The position numbers were made by a program, and so were the translations under genes. This document shows, piece by piece, positions 9,387-18,500 of a stretch of 64,000 bases of DNA (position 1 is the first letter of the stretch; each line of letters starts with the position of its first letter). The notes beneath the pieces were generated by a model. That model ran no database searches, was not told the DNA's origin, and was given only the letters and a program-made list of their open reading frames with translations. This DNA comes from Chlorobiota bacterium (lineage in GTDB: Bacteria > Bacteroidota > Ignavibacteria > Kapaibacteriales > HRBIN21), in NCBI GenBank assembly GCA_039630485.1, contig JBCNUX010000003.1, positions 2,509 through 66,508 of the forward strand, given 5' to 3'.

Positions 9387-10417
9387 CCTCGCTGCACGAG
9401 GCGGAATTCAACATACGAGTTCGCTGTCTGGCGGATGCTCTCCGTCCGCTGTTGGAGAGTGTCGCGGAGCAGCACCTCAAAGCGGGACTGGAGCCGCACT
9501 TCTTTTGCAACGGTGTAGCCCTGTTGGGCATCGGCCAGGATTCGACCTCTGCCAGACAGCGATGCTTGCCGGAGCTCTACCTGTAGCGGGCCCTGCTGAA
9601 GACGGCGCTGTTGTGGCCGGGAGCGGAGCACCGCATGAATCTCCAAGAGTTGGCGACCACCCATGGGTCGGGCACCGACAATTCGGTACTCCGCTGTGTT
9701 CTGAACGGGGAACATCGCTGCAAGGACGTCCGAGTACTCGTGACGCCATGTCCGAGCGGTATCCAGAGGCGCTGTAGGGAAGGCAACGTACTCTTGCTGC
9801 AGGGGCAAGTACATCTGTTCCTCCAGTTGGCGTTCCATGAGTGGATCCAATGCTTTCGGGATGGTGTCAGTACTCAGTTGCCGGAGACGGCGGAGGACAG
9901 CGTCGAGCCCGAAGACGGAATCGATGCGCCCATCGGGTGTGACGAGCATACGCACCTCAGTCCCTAGCAGCGCCGATAGGTGGGCAAACTCTGGATTCGT
10001 CCGGTCACCAGCACTTCGGGAGTCGTACGCAAAGCTTCGCGCAGTCCCGTTAGTGTCAGGGAGGGTGAAGCTAGCAATCAAGGTGTCAATCCGCAAGCCC
10101 ACCTCGATGCGTCCATCGGGTCGAATGGCATGGATGACTTTGCGGTAGAACTGCCGTACGGCGCTCGTGTGCCGCATCGTGTCTTGGATGAGCGTGTCCA
10201 GCCGTATCATCCAGTAGTCGTACCACTCCGTTGGCTGGACGGCGTAGCGGAGCGTCTCCGGTAGGGTTACACGCTCGACGGGGATGAGGGAGTCAGTGGC
10301 GAAGAAGGGGTCTACGTTGGACTCAGCTTGCGGAGTCTGCTGTGGACGGCAGGATGGGATGAGTAGGTAGCTGATCGCTGCGGCAATTATTGCTACTCTT
10401 CTCGCACGAAGCGCCAT
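9371..10417 (-). CDS. hypothetical lipoprotein (paralog of the upstream gene)
   Basis: N-terminus MALRARRVAIIAAAISYLLIPSC (signal peptide plus lipobox-like Cys). I recognise no catalytic motif. It shares a conserved block with the 10393-11373 product. Confidence 0.6.
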   Translation of the reverse strand: MALRARRVAIIAAAISYLLIPSCRPQQTPQAESNVDPFFATDSLIPVERVTLPETLRYAVQPTEWYDYWMIRLDTLIQDTMRHTSAVRQFYRKVIHAIRPDGRIEVGLRIDTLIASFTLPDTNGTARSFAYDSRSAGDRTNPEFAHLSALLGTEVRMLVTPDGRIDSVFGLDAVLRRLRQLSTDTIPKALDPLMERQLEEQMYLPLQQEYVAFPTAPLDTARTWRHEYSDVLAAMFPVQNTAEYRIVGARPMGGRQLLEIHAVLRSRPQQRRLQQGPLQVELRQASLSGRGRILADAQQGYTVAKEVRLQSRFEVLLRDTLQQRTESIRQTANSYVEFRLVQRGWLRK

Positions 10418-11373
10418 GTAAGCATGGTCTGCACGGTTTGACGAAAGGGAGGCGAGCCACCGGTGGGGGTGGCGGTGTATTCAGTGTGGGCATGGAGCTG
10501 TGAGCGTAGGATGAGGCCCCGCGGAGCCAATTCTACGGTGATTTGGGCGTGCCCCCTGCCCTCGCTGATGGTAACAGGAGACGGGCCAGCATTCGGTAGC
10601 CACGCTGTGGACGACAGCGGCACAAGTGCGGGCAGAACCCCAACGAGGATGCGGGTTGTGTCCGTAGTCTGAGAGATGAGGACCCGTGCCGTATCGCGCC
10701 ATTCAATTCCTTCCAGCCACAGTGTGACGACTCGTTGCCATGTGGAGTCCTCGCGTACTCGAATGCCCGGGACGATCCCTTTGTGAAGGTCGAATAGCAG
10801 TGCCCACCGCCCGTCAGAGACAGCAGCAAGCTTTGCTGGAAGCTCAGGGGACTTCTCGCCAAGCTCGTCCCGGAGATATGACCGCAGCCACTCCAGTTGC
10901 TCGCCCCGGATGTGAGCTATGTCCCCGTAGCTGGAGAAGAGGATTTCCAGCTCTGCGGCGAGCACGGCAGAGATGTATTCCAGGTCGGGATGGCGACGGC
11001 GAAGCTTTTCAGGCGCTTGGCTGTCAAACTCCACAACGACCGTGTCTTGCTGGAAGCGGTACTGCAGCCCCTCCACGCGGCATGCCACATCTGTCATGTC
11101 ATGCTCACGGCTGCTGAAGGCATAGAGTCGCAGGAGATAGGTGACCTCGCGCTGCCACTCCTTGGTGGAGCCGTCGGCAAAGGAGAGTCGGCCGCGGGTC
11201 TGTTCTCGGAGTTCCCAGTATCGGATTCGTCCTACGGGGATGGAGGCCAAGAGCCGCGGGCGAACTGGCTCTCGTACGGCTGGTGGTTCCCCCGCCACTT
11301 GTGCCGTTGAAGGCGTCGCCCACCAGCACGCTGTCCAGACGCTCCAGAAGATGCCGGAGCACAACAGTTTCAC
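10393..11373 (-). CDS. hypothetical secreted protein (paralog of 9371-10417)
   Basis: The long ORF (to 11583) overlaps ndk. A GTG at 11373 gives VKLLCSGIFWSVWTACWWATPSTAQV, which looks like a signal peptide. The start is approximate. Confidence 0.5.
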   Translation of the reverse strand: MKLLCSGIFWSVWTACWWATPSTAQVAGEPPAVREPVRPRLLASIPVGRIRYWELREQTRGRLSFADGSTKEWQREVTYLLRLYAFSSREHDMTDVACRVEGLQYRFQQDTVVVEFDSQAPEKLRRRHPDLEYISAVLAAELEILFSSYGDIAHIRGEQLEWLRSYLRDELGEKSPELPAKLAAVSDGRWALLFDLHKGIVPGIRVREDSTWQRVVTLWLEGIEWRDTARVLISQTTDTTRILVGVLPALVPLSSTAWLPNAGPSPVTISEGRGHAQITVELAPRGLILRSQLHAHTEYTATPTGGSPPFRQTVQTMLTWRFVREE

Positions 11374-11416
11374 TCCCTGACACCAGGGGAAGAACGCGCG
11401 CACGTATGGGATAGCG

Positions 11417-11848
11417 CTACGGCGAATCGTGGTCCACCAGTTCCGTAAGGCTGAAGAAGAAGGCGATCTCGCGAGCCGCACTGTCAGGCGAATCGGAGCC
11501 ATGGATGGCATTCTCTCCCTTGGAGGTCCCGAAGCGATGGCGGATTGTATTCGGAGCCGCTTCTGCAGGGTCGGTGGCACCAATCAGTTCCCGAAAGTCC
11601 TCCACCGCACGCTCCTTCTCGAGGACCATGGCAACGATTGGCCCGCTACTCATGAAGAGCGTCAGGTCTCGGAAGAAGGGGCGGCCACGGTGGACTTCGT
11701 AGAAGCGCTCTGCCTGCTCGAGAGTGAGGCAGACCAGCTTCATACCGACGATCCGAAACCCTGCTTGGGTGATAGCAGTGATGATGTCGCCGATGAGGTT
11801 GCGGCGTACTGCGTCTGGCTTGATGATGGCCAACGTGCGCTCGCTCAT
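11417..11848 (-). CDS. ndk: nucleoside-diphosphate kinase
   Basis: [14 protein letters not shown]…NAIHGSDS, the canonical NDK signature including the active-site His. Confidence 0.95.
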   Translation of the reverse strand: MSERTLAIIKPDAVRRNLIGDIITAITQAGFRIVGMKLVCLTLEQAERFYEVHRGRPFFRDLTLFMSSGPIVAMVLEKERAVEDFRELIGATDPAEAAPNTIRHRFGTSKGENAIHGSDSPDSAAREIAFFFSLTELVDHDSP

Positions 11849-12822
11849 CGCTTCGGGCTTCGTTGGGATGACGGACTCTTTGAGGAGCGACGTCTTGAGG
11901 GTGTACTGCGGTGCTGACGGTTGTGTTGCGCTACAGCGGCTGCAACTGTTGCGCCGATCTGGGCGGGGGATTCTACTACGGTAATCCCAGCTGCTTCAAA
12001 GGCCGCGATCTTCTCTGCAGCCGTGCCACGCCCGCCAGTGATGATGGCACCGGCATGTCCCATGCGGCGTCCCGGTGGGGCCGTCCGGCCGGCAATGAAG
12101 CCAATGACCGGCTTGCGCACGAACTGCCGCACGTACTCTGCTGCCTCCTCCTCTGCTGTGCCGCCAATCTCTCCAATCAGCAGGATGGCGTCGGTGTCTG
12201 GGTCTTCGTTGAAGAGGGCCAGCAAGTCTACGAACGTAGAGCCGAGGACAGGATCGCCTCCAATGCCGGCGCAAGTAGACTGTCCCAGCCCAGCATCCGT
12301 AATCTGCTTGACCGCTTCGTACGTCAGCGTTCCGCTCCGCGAGATGACACCAATTCGCCCAGGTCGGTGGATGTAACCTGGCATGATCCCGATTTTGCAT
12401 TCACCTGGGGTAATGATGCCCGGGCAGTTCGGCCCGATTAGGCGTGATCGGCTACCCGCAAGCGCTTCGCAGACCCGCACCATGTCCCGCATGGGAATGC
12501 CCTCGGTGATGCAGACGATGAGAGGGATCTCGGCCTCTATCGCTTCCAGCAATGCGTCGGCAGCAAAGGGCGCGGGAACAAAGCTGACGATAGCTGTGGG
12601 ATTCGTTGCCTCTACGGCCTCTCGGACAGTATTGAAGACTGGAACGGGCTGTGGGAAGATGTCGTTGCCCCTTCCCGTATAGAGGATGCCACCTTTGCCT
12701 GGAGTGATACCACCGACGACCTGGGTTCCATACCTGAGCATCTGCGCTGTGTGGAATGTCCCTTCGGTCCCTGTGATTCCCTGCACGATCACGCGCGTTG
12801 AGCGGTTGACGAGGATGCTCAT
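11845..12822 (-). CDS. sucD: succinate--CoA ligase subunit alpha
   Basis: [24 protein letters not shown]…GHAGAII. The ATG at 12822 is preferred over the GTG at 12834. The stop overlaps the ndk ATG (ATGA). Confidence 0.93.
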   Translation of the reverse strand: MSILVNRSTRVIVQGITGTEGTFHTAQMLRYGTQVVGGITPGKGGILYTGRGNDIFPQPVPVFNTVREAVEATNPTAIVSFVPAPFAADALLEAIEAEIPLIVCITEGIPMRDMVRVCEALAGSRSRLIGPNCPGIITPGECKIGIMPGYIHRPGRIGVISRSGTLTYEAVKQITDAGLGQSTCAGIGGDPVLGSTFVDLLALFNEDPDTDAILLIGEIGGTAEEEAAEYVRQFVRKPVIGFIAGRTAPPGRRMGHAGAIITGGRGTAAEKIAAFEAAGITVVESPAQIGATVAAAVAQHNRQHRSTPSRRRSSKSPSSQRSPKR

Positions 12823-12857
12823 ATCCCTTACCACACTCGAGGACTACGCAAGCTTCG

Positions 12858-12865
12858 CAAACTTA
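12858..12865 (-). promoter_or_regulatory. Bacteroidota-type -7 promoter box TAAGTTTG upstream of sucD
   Basis: Exact TAnnTTTG match in the intergenic spacer, 36 nt upstream of the sucD ATG and in the correct orientation. Confidence 0.4.
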
Positions 12866-12892
12866 CGGCACAGACGGCGAAGGCTTGTAGAC

Positions 12893-14014
12893 TTACGGGA
12901 AGTTTACAGGCAGCGCTATCGGCCGCGACCAGCGTAGCCACTGTGATCCACACGCCCGATATGCCCGCTGAAGCTCAGCCTCAGAAGACTCCTGTGGCTC
13001 TACCCTGAGAAGGCGTTGGAGAAGCTGGAGGTGGAGGAGCTCGAACCGGTACCCGTAGCGATTGGCCCATCGAAGGGCGCGTTGGAGGGAGCGGATATGG
13101 TCCTCGGAGAGATGTCCGTGCGATAGTGCGGTGAGTTGGAGGTGTGCTATGGTGGTGTGGATGAGTCCCCGCCGGTCCCCTATGCGTTGGAAGATGCGAT
13201 CGGCAGAGTGCAATCGTTCGGCAGCGGCGTCCCAGCGCCGAAGGAGGAGAAAGAGCATCGCCTCGCCCCACAGGGTGTACGCGTAGCTGAGCTGCTCACC
13301 AATGTGTTCGTAGTGGAGTCGGGCGACGGTGAAGAAGTGCTCTGCAGCTTCCCAATCTCCGAGGATGCGGTAGGCATTCGCAATCCCACACGCAGAGTAG
13401 GCAATCCCAAAGGGGTCTTCCTCGCGGAGAGCATTCCGATGTGCCTGCCAGTAGTAGCGTAGCGAGCGCTTTGGGGCTCCTTGCATGCGGGACAGCCCAC
13501 CGAGGGCGCAGTAGAGGTAGGTTGGAGAACCCACCCGAGTGCGTCGGTGGAGCTCCATGGCTTGGCGGAGGTACTCCCAAGCTGAGCGGAAGTTGCCGGC
13601 GAAGCGAAGAGTGGTGCCGAGAGCCCAGAGGGTGTGGAGGATGCCTTCGGTGTCGTGCTGCTGTTGGTACGTCTGGAGGGCCTGCTGCAGGAGCTGCTGC
13701 GCGGTCTTCAGATCACCGAGGACGCGTAGTGACAGTGCCTTGCCGACAATGAGGTCCGTTGAGTCCTCTCTGCCAGTTTCTGTAGCGAAATGCTGGAGCT
13801 GTTCGTAGAGTTGGAGGGCGTGGCGGAATCTACCCGATAGTCGGAGGCAATGGGCACGGTGGAGCTGACAAGTGTACCACTCAGGCGTCTTTGGAGTCAA
13901 TAGGGTAGCCAGCTGAGCATAGAGTCGAGCTGCTTCTCGGAAACGCGCTTCGGCGTATGCGGCCTCCGCCCGTTCCCAGAGGGCAGGGAGGGCACGGGAC
14001 AACGTGGGTGGCAT
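12893..14014 (-). CDS. cytosolic tetratricopeptide-repeat protein
   Basis: 373 aa of repeated Ala/Leu/Tyr-rich ~34-aa helical repeats with no signal peptide. The start overlaps the upstream gene's stop by 1 nt (TGATG). Confidence 0.65.
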   Translation of the reverse strand: MPPTLSRALPALWERAEAAYAEARFREAARLYAQLATLLTPKTPEWYTCQLHRAHCLRLSGRFRHALQLYEQLQHFATETGREDSTDLIVGKALSLRVLGDLKTAQQLLQQALQTYQQQHDTEGILHTLWALGTTLRFAGNFRSAWEYLRQAMELHRRTRVGSPTYLYCALGGLSRMQGAPKRSLRYYWQAHRNALREEDPFGIAYSACGIANAYRILGDWEAAEHFFTVARLHYEHIGEQLSYAYTLWGEAMLFLLLRRWDAAAERLHSADRIFQRIGDRRGLIHTTIAHLQLTALSHGHLSEDHIRSLQRALRWANRYGYRFELLHLQLLQRLLRVEPQESSEAELQRAYRACGSQWLRWSRPIALPVNFP

Positions 14015-14436
14015 CAGCGAAACATCTCTTTAATCATGCCCCACGTGCGGCGAATCCCGCTGGTGTTATAGGCTACGGTGACAGTGGGGCTGTAGGAGGT
14101 CGTGCCGTCTTTCCCGACGATCTTGATGCGGTAGGTGTACAGACGCTGCTCCGGTGCCGTGGGGCGGAGTACATCACGGTCTTCGTAGGTGTAGGTAGCA
14201 GGAGCTCCTTTCGGAGTGACAGTCGTTAGGGTGCGAAACTCCTGCGAATTGCCATGTGAACGCTCGACTTCGTAGCGCGCTACCCCTTCCTCGCGGCTCA
14301 CACGCCACTCCACCACAATTGCATTACCCTGCGGTCGGGCGGTGAAGCTTTCGATGACGACGGTAGCGGCCATGAGGGCTACCGTTGCTAGCAGGCCTAC
14401 CACAGCGACCAGCTGTACATGTTGCCCCATCGCCAC
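14014..14436 (-). CDS. small N-terminally anchored protein with Ig/Fn3-like beta domain
   Basis: One N-terminal hydrophobic helix (LVAVVGLLATVALMAATVVI), then a beta-rich domain (VVEWRVSREEGVARYEVERS…YTYRIKIVG). I recognise no family. Confidence 0.5.
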   Translation of the reverse strand: MAMGQHVQLVAVVGLLATVALMAATVVIESFTARPQGNAIVVEWRVSREEGVARYEVERSHGNSQEFRTLTTVTPKGAPATYTYEDRDVLRPTAPEQRLYTYRIKIVGKDGTTSYSPTVTVAYNTSGIRRTWGMIKEMFR

Positions 14437-14450
14437 TGCCGCACCGTGTG

Positions 14451-14524
14451 CGCACCCGCAGGGACTCGAACCCCGAACCTTCTGGTCCGTAGCCAGACGC
14501 TCTATCCAATTGAGCTACGGGTGC
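14451..14524 (-). tRNA. tRNA-Arg (anticodon ACG)
   Basis: The reverse complement folds as a cloverleaf: acceptor GCACCCG/CGGGUGC, U8, D-arm GCUC-AAUUGGAUA-GAGC, anticodon arm UCUGG-CUACGGA-CCAGA, T-arm CGGGG-UUCGAGU-CCCUG, discriminator G. No CCA is encoded. Confidence 0.9.
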
Positions 14525-14529
14525 GCTCT

Positions 14530-14814
14530 CTATGCTGTGCCGCTCTGCGCGGCTAAGCGTTGCCGAAGTGTTTGGACGAAAGAAGCCAGACGCGATTTTC
14601 TGTTTGCAGCCGCGTTTGGATGGAGAACTCCGCGGGCTGCTACCCTATCGAGTATGCTGTAGGCTCGGCGCAGGAGCTGTTCGGCCTCTTCGAGCGTCGT
14701 TGCTTGCAGGACGGCTTTCATGGCCTCTTTGACCAACTGCTTATTGCGGCGGTTGTATTGACGCCGTTTCTCCGATTGCCGAACGCGCTTCTTCGCCGAG
14801 CGATGGTGTGGCAT
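14530..14814 (-). CDS. rpsT: 30S ribosomal protein S20
   Basis: MPHHRSAKKRVRQSEKRRQYNRRNK… is the typical bS20 N-terminus. The ATG at 14814 was chosen over the longer ORF. Confidence 0.9.
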   Translation of the reverse strand: MPHHRSAKKRVRQSEKRRQYNRRNKQLVKEAMKAVLQATTLEEAEQLLRRAYSILDRVAARGVLHPNAAANRKSRLASFVQTLRQRLAAQSGTA

Positions 14815-14851
14815 TAGCGTGTCCCTTTCCAAACTACAGGCTCGCAGCATG

Positions 14852-14859
14852 CAAAATTA
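14852..14859 (-). promoter_or_regulatory. -7 promoter box TAATTTTG upstream of rpsT
   Basis: Exact TAnnTTTG match 38 nt upstream of the rpsT ATG, lying at the 3' end of nfi. Confidence 0.4.
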
Positions 14860-15561
14860 CGCAGCCCCTTCTATTGCGGAATGGCTCCGTCGGGTGCTTT
14901 GCGAGAGGCGCTTGCTCAGAAGGTCGGCAAGGCGAATCGGCTCAGGAAGCCGATAGCCACGGCAGCATTCCAACACTACCTCAACCGCGGAGTGGAGGTC
15001 TACGCGGTGTCCGATCGAGACGTAGACCGGCCTCGCGCGCGATCGAGTACGAAGAGCAAAGGCAATCACCTCACCTCTGTCCCATACAGGGGCTGTCGCG
15101 CCTATAGTGTCTGCGGGATGTTCGGCTTGCCCGCAGAGGAGAGACTTTGCGCACCCGATGCTAGGGATATCGGCCAGTACCCCGATGTGGGAGGCAATCC
15201 CGAAGCGTCGTGGGTGGGCAATCCCCTGACCATCACAGAGGATGACGTCCGGCCGTATACGGAGCAACTGGAGGGCTCCCAGCAGCGCAGGAGCTTCTCG
15301 GAAGCTGAGGAGCCCAGGGATGTAGGGGAACTCCTCTGGGCAGATGGTAATTGTGCTCTCCACTACTTCTAGCGAGGGTAGCCGCAAAGAGACAGCGACG
15401 CCGTAGATGTTCTTACCATCGTAGGCAGCGTCCAGCCCTGCTACGATACTGACTGTGTCCGGCAACTGGCGTTCTCGGCAGACCTGTCGTGCCCACTGGC
15501 GTTGGAGCTCTATGGCCTCTTCCACGGAGACCTTCCACTGCGCCGTGTGGCGGCCAACCAT
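14857..15561 (-). CDS. nfi: endonuclease V (deoxyinosine 3' endonuclease)
   Basis: AGLDAAY…FPYIPGLLSFREAP…DGQGIAHPRRFGIASHIGV…IGCAKS are canonical EndoV motifs. Confidence 0.9.
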   Translation of the reverse strand: MVGRHTAQWKVSVEEAIELQRQWARQVCRERQLPDTVSIVAGLDAAYDGKNIYGVAVSLRLPSLEVVESTITICPEEFPYIPGLLSFREAPALLGALQLLRIRPDVILCDGQGIAHPRRFGIASHIGVLADIPSIGCAKSLLCGQAEHPADTIGATAPVWDRGEVIAFALRTRSRARPVYVSIGHRVDLHSAVEVVLECCRGYRLPEPIRLADLLSKRLSQSTRRSHSAIEGAA

Positions 15562-15565
15562 GGAC

Positions 15566-18500
15566 TCATCGGAACCAGGGCACCAGGAAGCGCTCTACCG
15601 TGCTGCCGTCGGCCGAACAGACTGTGAGGACATAGAACCCACTCGCCAGTGTCTGGGTGGGGACAATCACCGTGTGGGAGCCATTGACGAGCTCCCGAGA
15701 ATGCCAGCATTGGCGGCCATCGGGGGTATTGAGGCGAAGGTCCCAGAGTTCGCGGGTGGGGCTGTAAAGCTGGATGTGGAGCCCATCGGCAGCTACCTTG
15801 ACAGTTGCCCACGGGGCTGCACGAATGCCGAAGCGCCCGAGACCGCAGAAGAGCACCATCAGGAGCCCATCGCGAGTCTCTACGGACGTCTGCTTCTGTG
15901 CAGTGACTCGGACGTCGGCAAAGTGGATTGGTGTCTCCGAGGGCAGGGATGCTAGCGCGACGCCGACGAGTCGTGCGATCGGTCGGGAGGTGCTAGCATC
16001 GGGAAGTGGCGGGACGTTAACAGTGCAATGCAGCCGTCCAGCGCCGTCGTAGGAAGAGGGAGCCCTGCCGGCTTCTGTCGAAACCTCCAGCGGGAAGAAG
16101 AGGGCGGGGTCAAATCGAAGCTCTATCTCCAGCTGTTGTGCCATGGCACGTTGCGTCGGTCCCTGGAGCCACAAGGGGATGCTGATGGTATCTCCAGGGT
16201 GAGCGGCATGGCGGTCAATCCAAAGTTGCAGCGTGTAGACCTCTATCGGCACAACGGCACGGAGCTCTCCGCTCACGGTGACTTCACATACGGAGCGTGC
16301 CCTGACCCGAAGCGTGGCTTGCCAGCTCCCGGGTTGCACAGCGGTAAAACGGACGGGGAGCGCCAAGCTTTGCCCCGCTGGCAGCAGAAGTGGCAGTGGA
16401 GGAACACCCTCCACAGCGAATCCTGCGTCTGCGGGCTCAATCCAGACGGCTTCGATCTGCACGTCCACGGGTGAGGGATTCCGGAGGACGACGGTGTCTA
16501 CCCTAGACTCTCCGACCCAGATGCTGCCGAAGTCCTGAGCCAGTGGTGTTACAGTGAGCTGCGGCCGAACACCGATGACCGTTACCGACCACTGTAGCTC
16601 GCTGGGGCAGGCGAGGCTTCGTAGGCGTAGCGTGAAGTGATTGGCTCCTTCCCGGAGCCGTTCTGGGGAGAGTCGGAGTAGAATCGTGTCGCGGCCCTTC
16701 CCTGGTAAGGCGAAACGTGCCGGACTCTGGAGCTGTAGAGCAGGTACTGAAGGGGTAAGCTCAGCGAGCACAGTGTCGGTGAGCATACCACCGTTGTAAA
16801 CGGGGAGAGCAAGGGTACGCTCGGTCTCGCAGACTTCGGCGGTGAGTGTGTCCGGTGGGAGCGGTGGGGAGAGTTGGAGGATGGAGCGGTAGAACTCAGC
16901 CGCTACGGGGTAGCGCAGTACCAGCGAATCTCCCGAGGATTCTGCGATGAGGACAAGCTCAGCCGTAAAGCGCCCTTCTACGGGAGTCTGAATGCGAAGG
17001 CGGATGGGCAGGAGCTCTCCAGCCCGAACGACGAAGGGCAGCGGTGGTAGTCCAGTAAGCTCAAAGGCCGGTGTCGGAGGTTCAATCCAAACGGAACGGA
17101 CGAGCCCCAGGGTCTCGGGGAGATGCGGATCCGTGTTGCCAATCCATAACAGCGTGACCACGGTGTCCAGCGGTGTGCAGAGCCGGCGCCACTCAGGCGA
17201 TGTCCCAAGCTCCACGCGGAGGCGCGAGCGTGGCCGAACGATCTCCACAGGGATGCACGTAGTCGTCGGACACTCTGCATCGCTCTCTACGCAGAGTGTG
17301 CCACTGTATCGGACTGCGGTGTCAGTCGGCAGGAGTTGCAGTGCAATTTCCTGCTGTGTCCCGCTCTGGACCCATGTGCCTACGGGAGGCTCCAGGATGC
17401 GTAGCCATGAGGGAGCTGGCGGGTCCCAACGGTAGCGATCCAATCGGAGATGGGCCGAGCCGACGGCGGCCAACGGAGTCCGTAGGGTGTCTGCTTTCGC
17501 CGCGGGGATTTGCCTCTGCAGACGTCCAGCGAGGAACTGCCCTGCTGCCCGGATACCCTCGCCACGGACGGCGATGGCAATCCGCTCTCCACAGGGTGTA
17601 GCCGTGATGAGGACTGTATCGGCGAAGCTGCCCTCCCATGCGGGACTGAATCGGATGCGCAGGCCTACAGAGTCCATACCCAGGATGAGCGGTGGGTTCC
17701 GCCGGTCTTCCAGCTCTGCTGCAAACGGCGGAGCAACACGCGGCTGGCTCAAGAATGCCGTGAGAGTCCCACGATTCTCCAGGCGGAGGCGGATCTCACG
17801 GCTTGTTCCCACGCAGACACGCCCGAAGTCGTAGGACTGGAGCTGGCTCACGATGGCCGTCCGACGGGCCTCACCGCTGAGCTCGATGCGGAAGGGGTTC
17901 TTCTGTCCACGGGCTTTCGTGGAATCATTGTTCTCAAGCCACACCGTGGCTGTGAAGGTACCTTCAGAGGATGGCTGAAGGAGGAGCAGCAAGGTGTCGG
18001 CGCGGCGCGGGGGGATGTGGGTGGGGAAGCTCCGGCCACTACTCCAGCCCAGTACAGTGATGGTGCCTACAGGGGACTGCTCTATCCAGAGGCGCGGGAT
18101 GCGGAGCGTGTCGTTGCCCGTGTTAGCGATGGGGATGGAGTCCACTTGGCTGAGCTGGCAGCGGAGCGGGTATGTTCGGACCGTGGGGGCTGTCAGGATG
18201 GGTGATATCCCGTAGGCCCGCACGACGATTGTGGTGTCGTGGGTGCACGGCTGGAGTCGGACTCGGAAGCGGGCCTCTGTCCAGCCTGTGTCGGTCGGGA
18301 GGATGCTGAAGCTTAGCGTAGCTCCCTGGCGTGGGATCGGCAAAGGTGGGGGCGACTCGGGACGGATGTTAGGGTCTCCCCCGATCCAGTCAATACGGAC
18401 AATCGCTGCGCTATCTCGGCTCCGCCATGGGAGCTGTGCTGTCGTCCGAACACCGCATGGAGCGGCAGCGACCACGAGCGTGTCCCGTTCTGGAAAGCCG

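Noticed and set aside
11374-11583. The long form of the hypothetical ORF 10393-11583.
   Set aside because: It would overlap 167 nt of the well-supported ndk gene in another frame. A GTG at 11373 gives a signal-peptide-like N-terminus instead.
14451-14524. The tRNA-Arg as an integration hotspot or genomic-island boundary.
   Set aside because: There is no integrase, no direct repeat of the tRNA 3' end and no compositional shift nearby. The flanking genes are core genes (rpsT, nfi).
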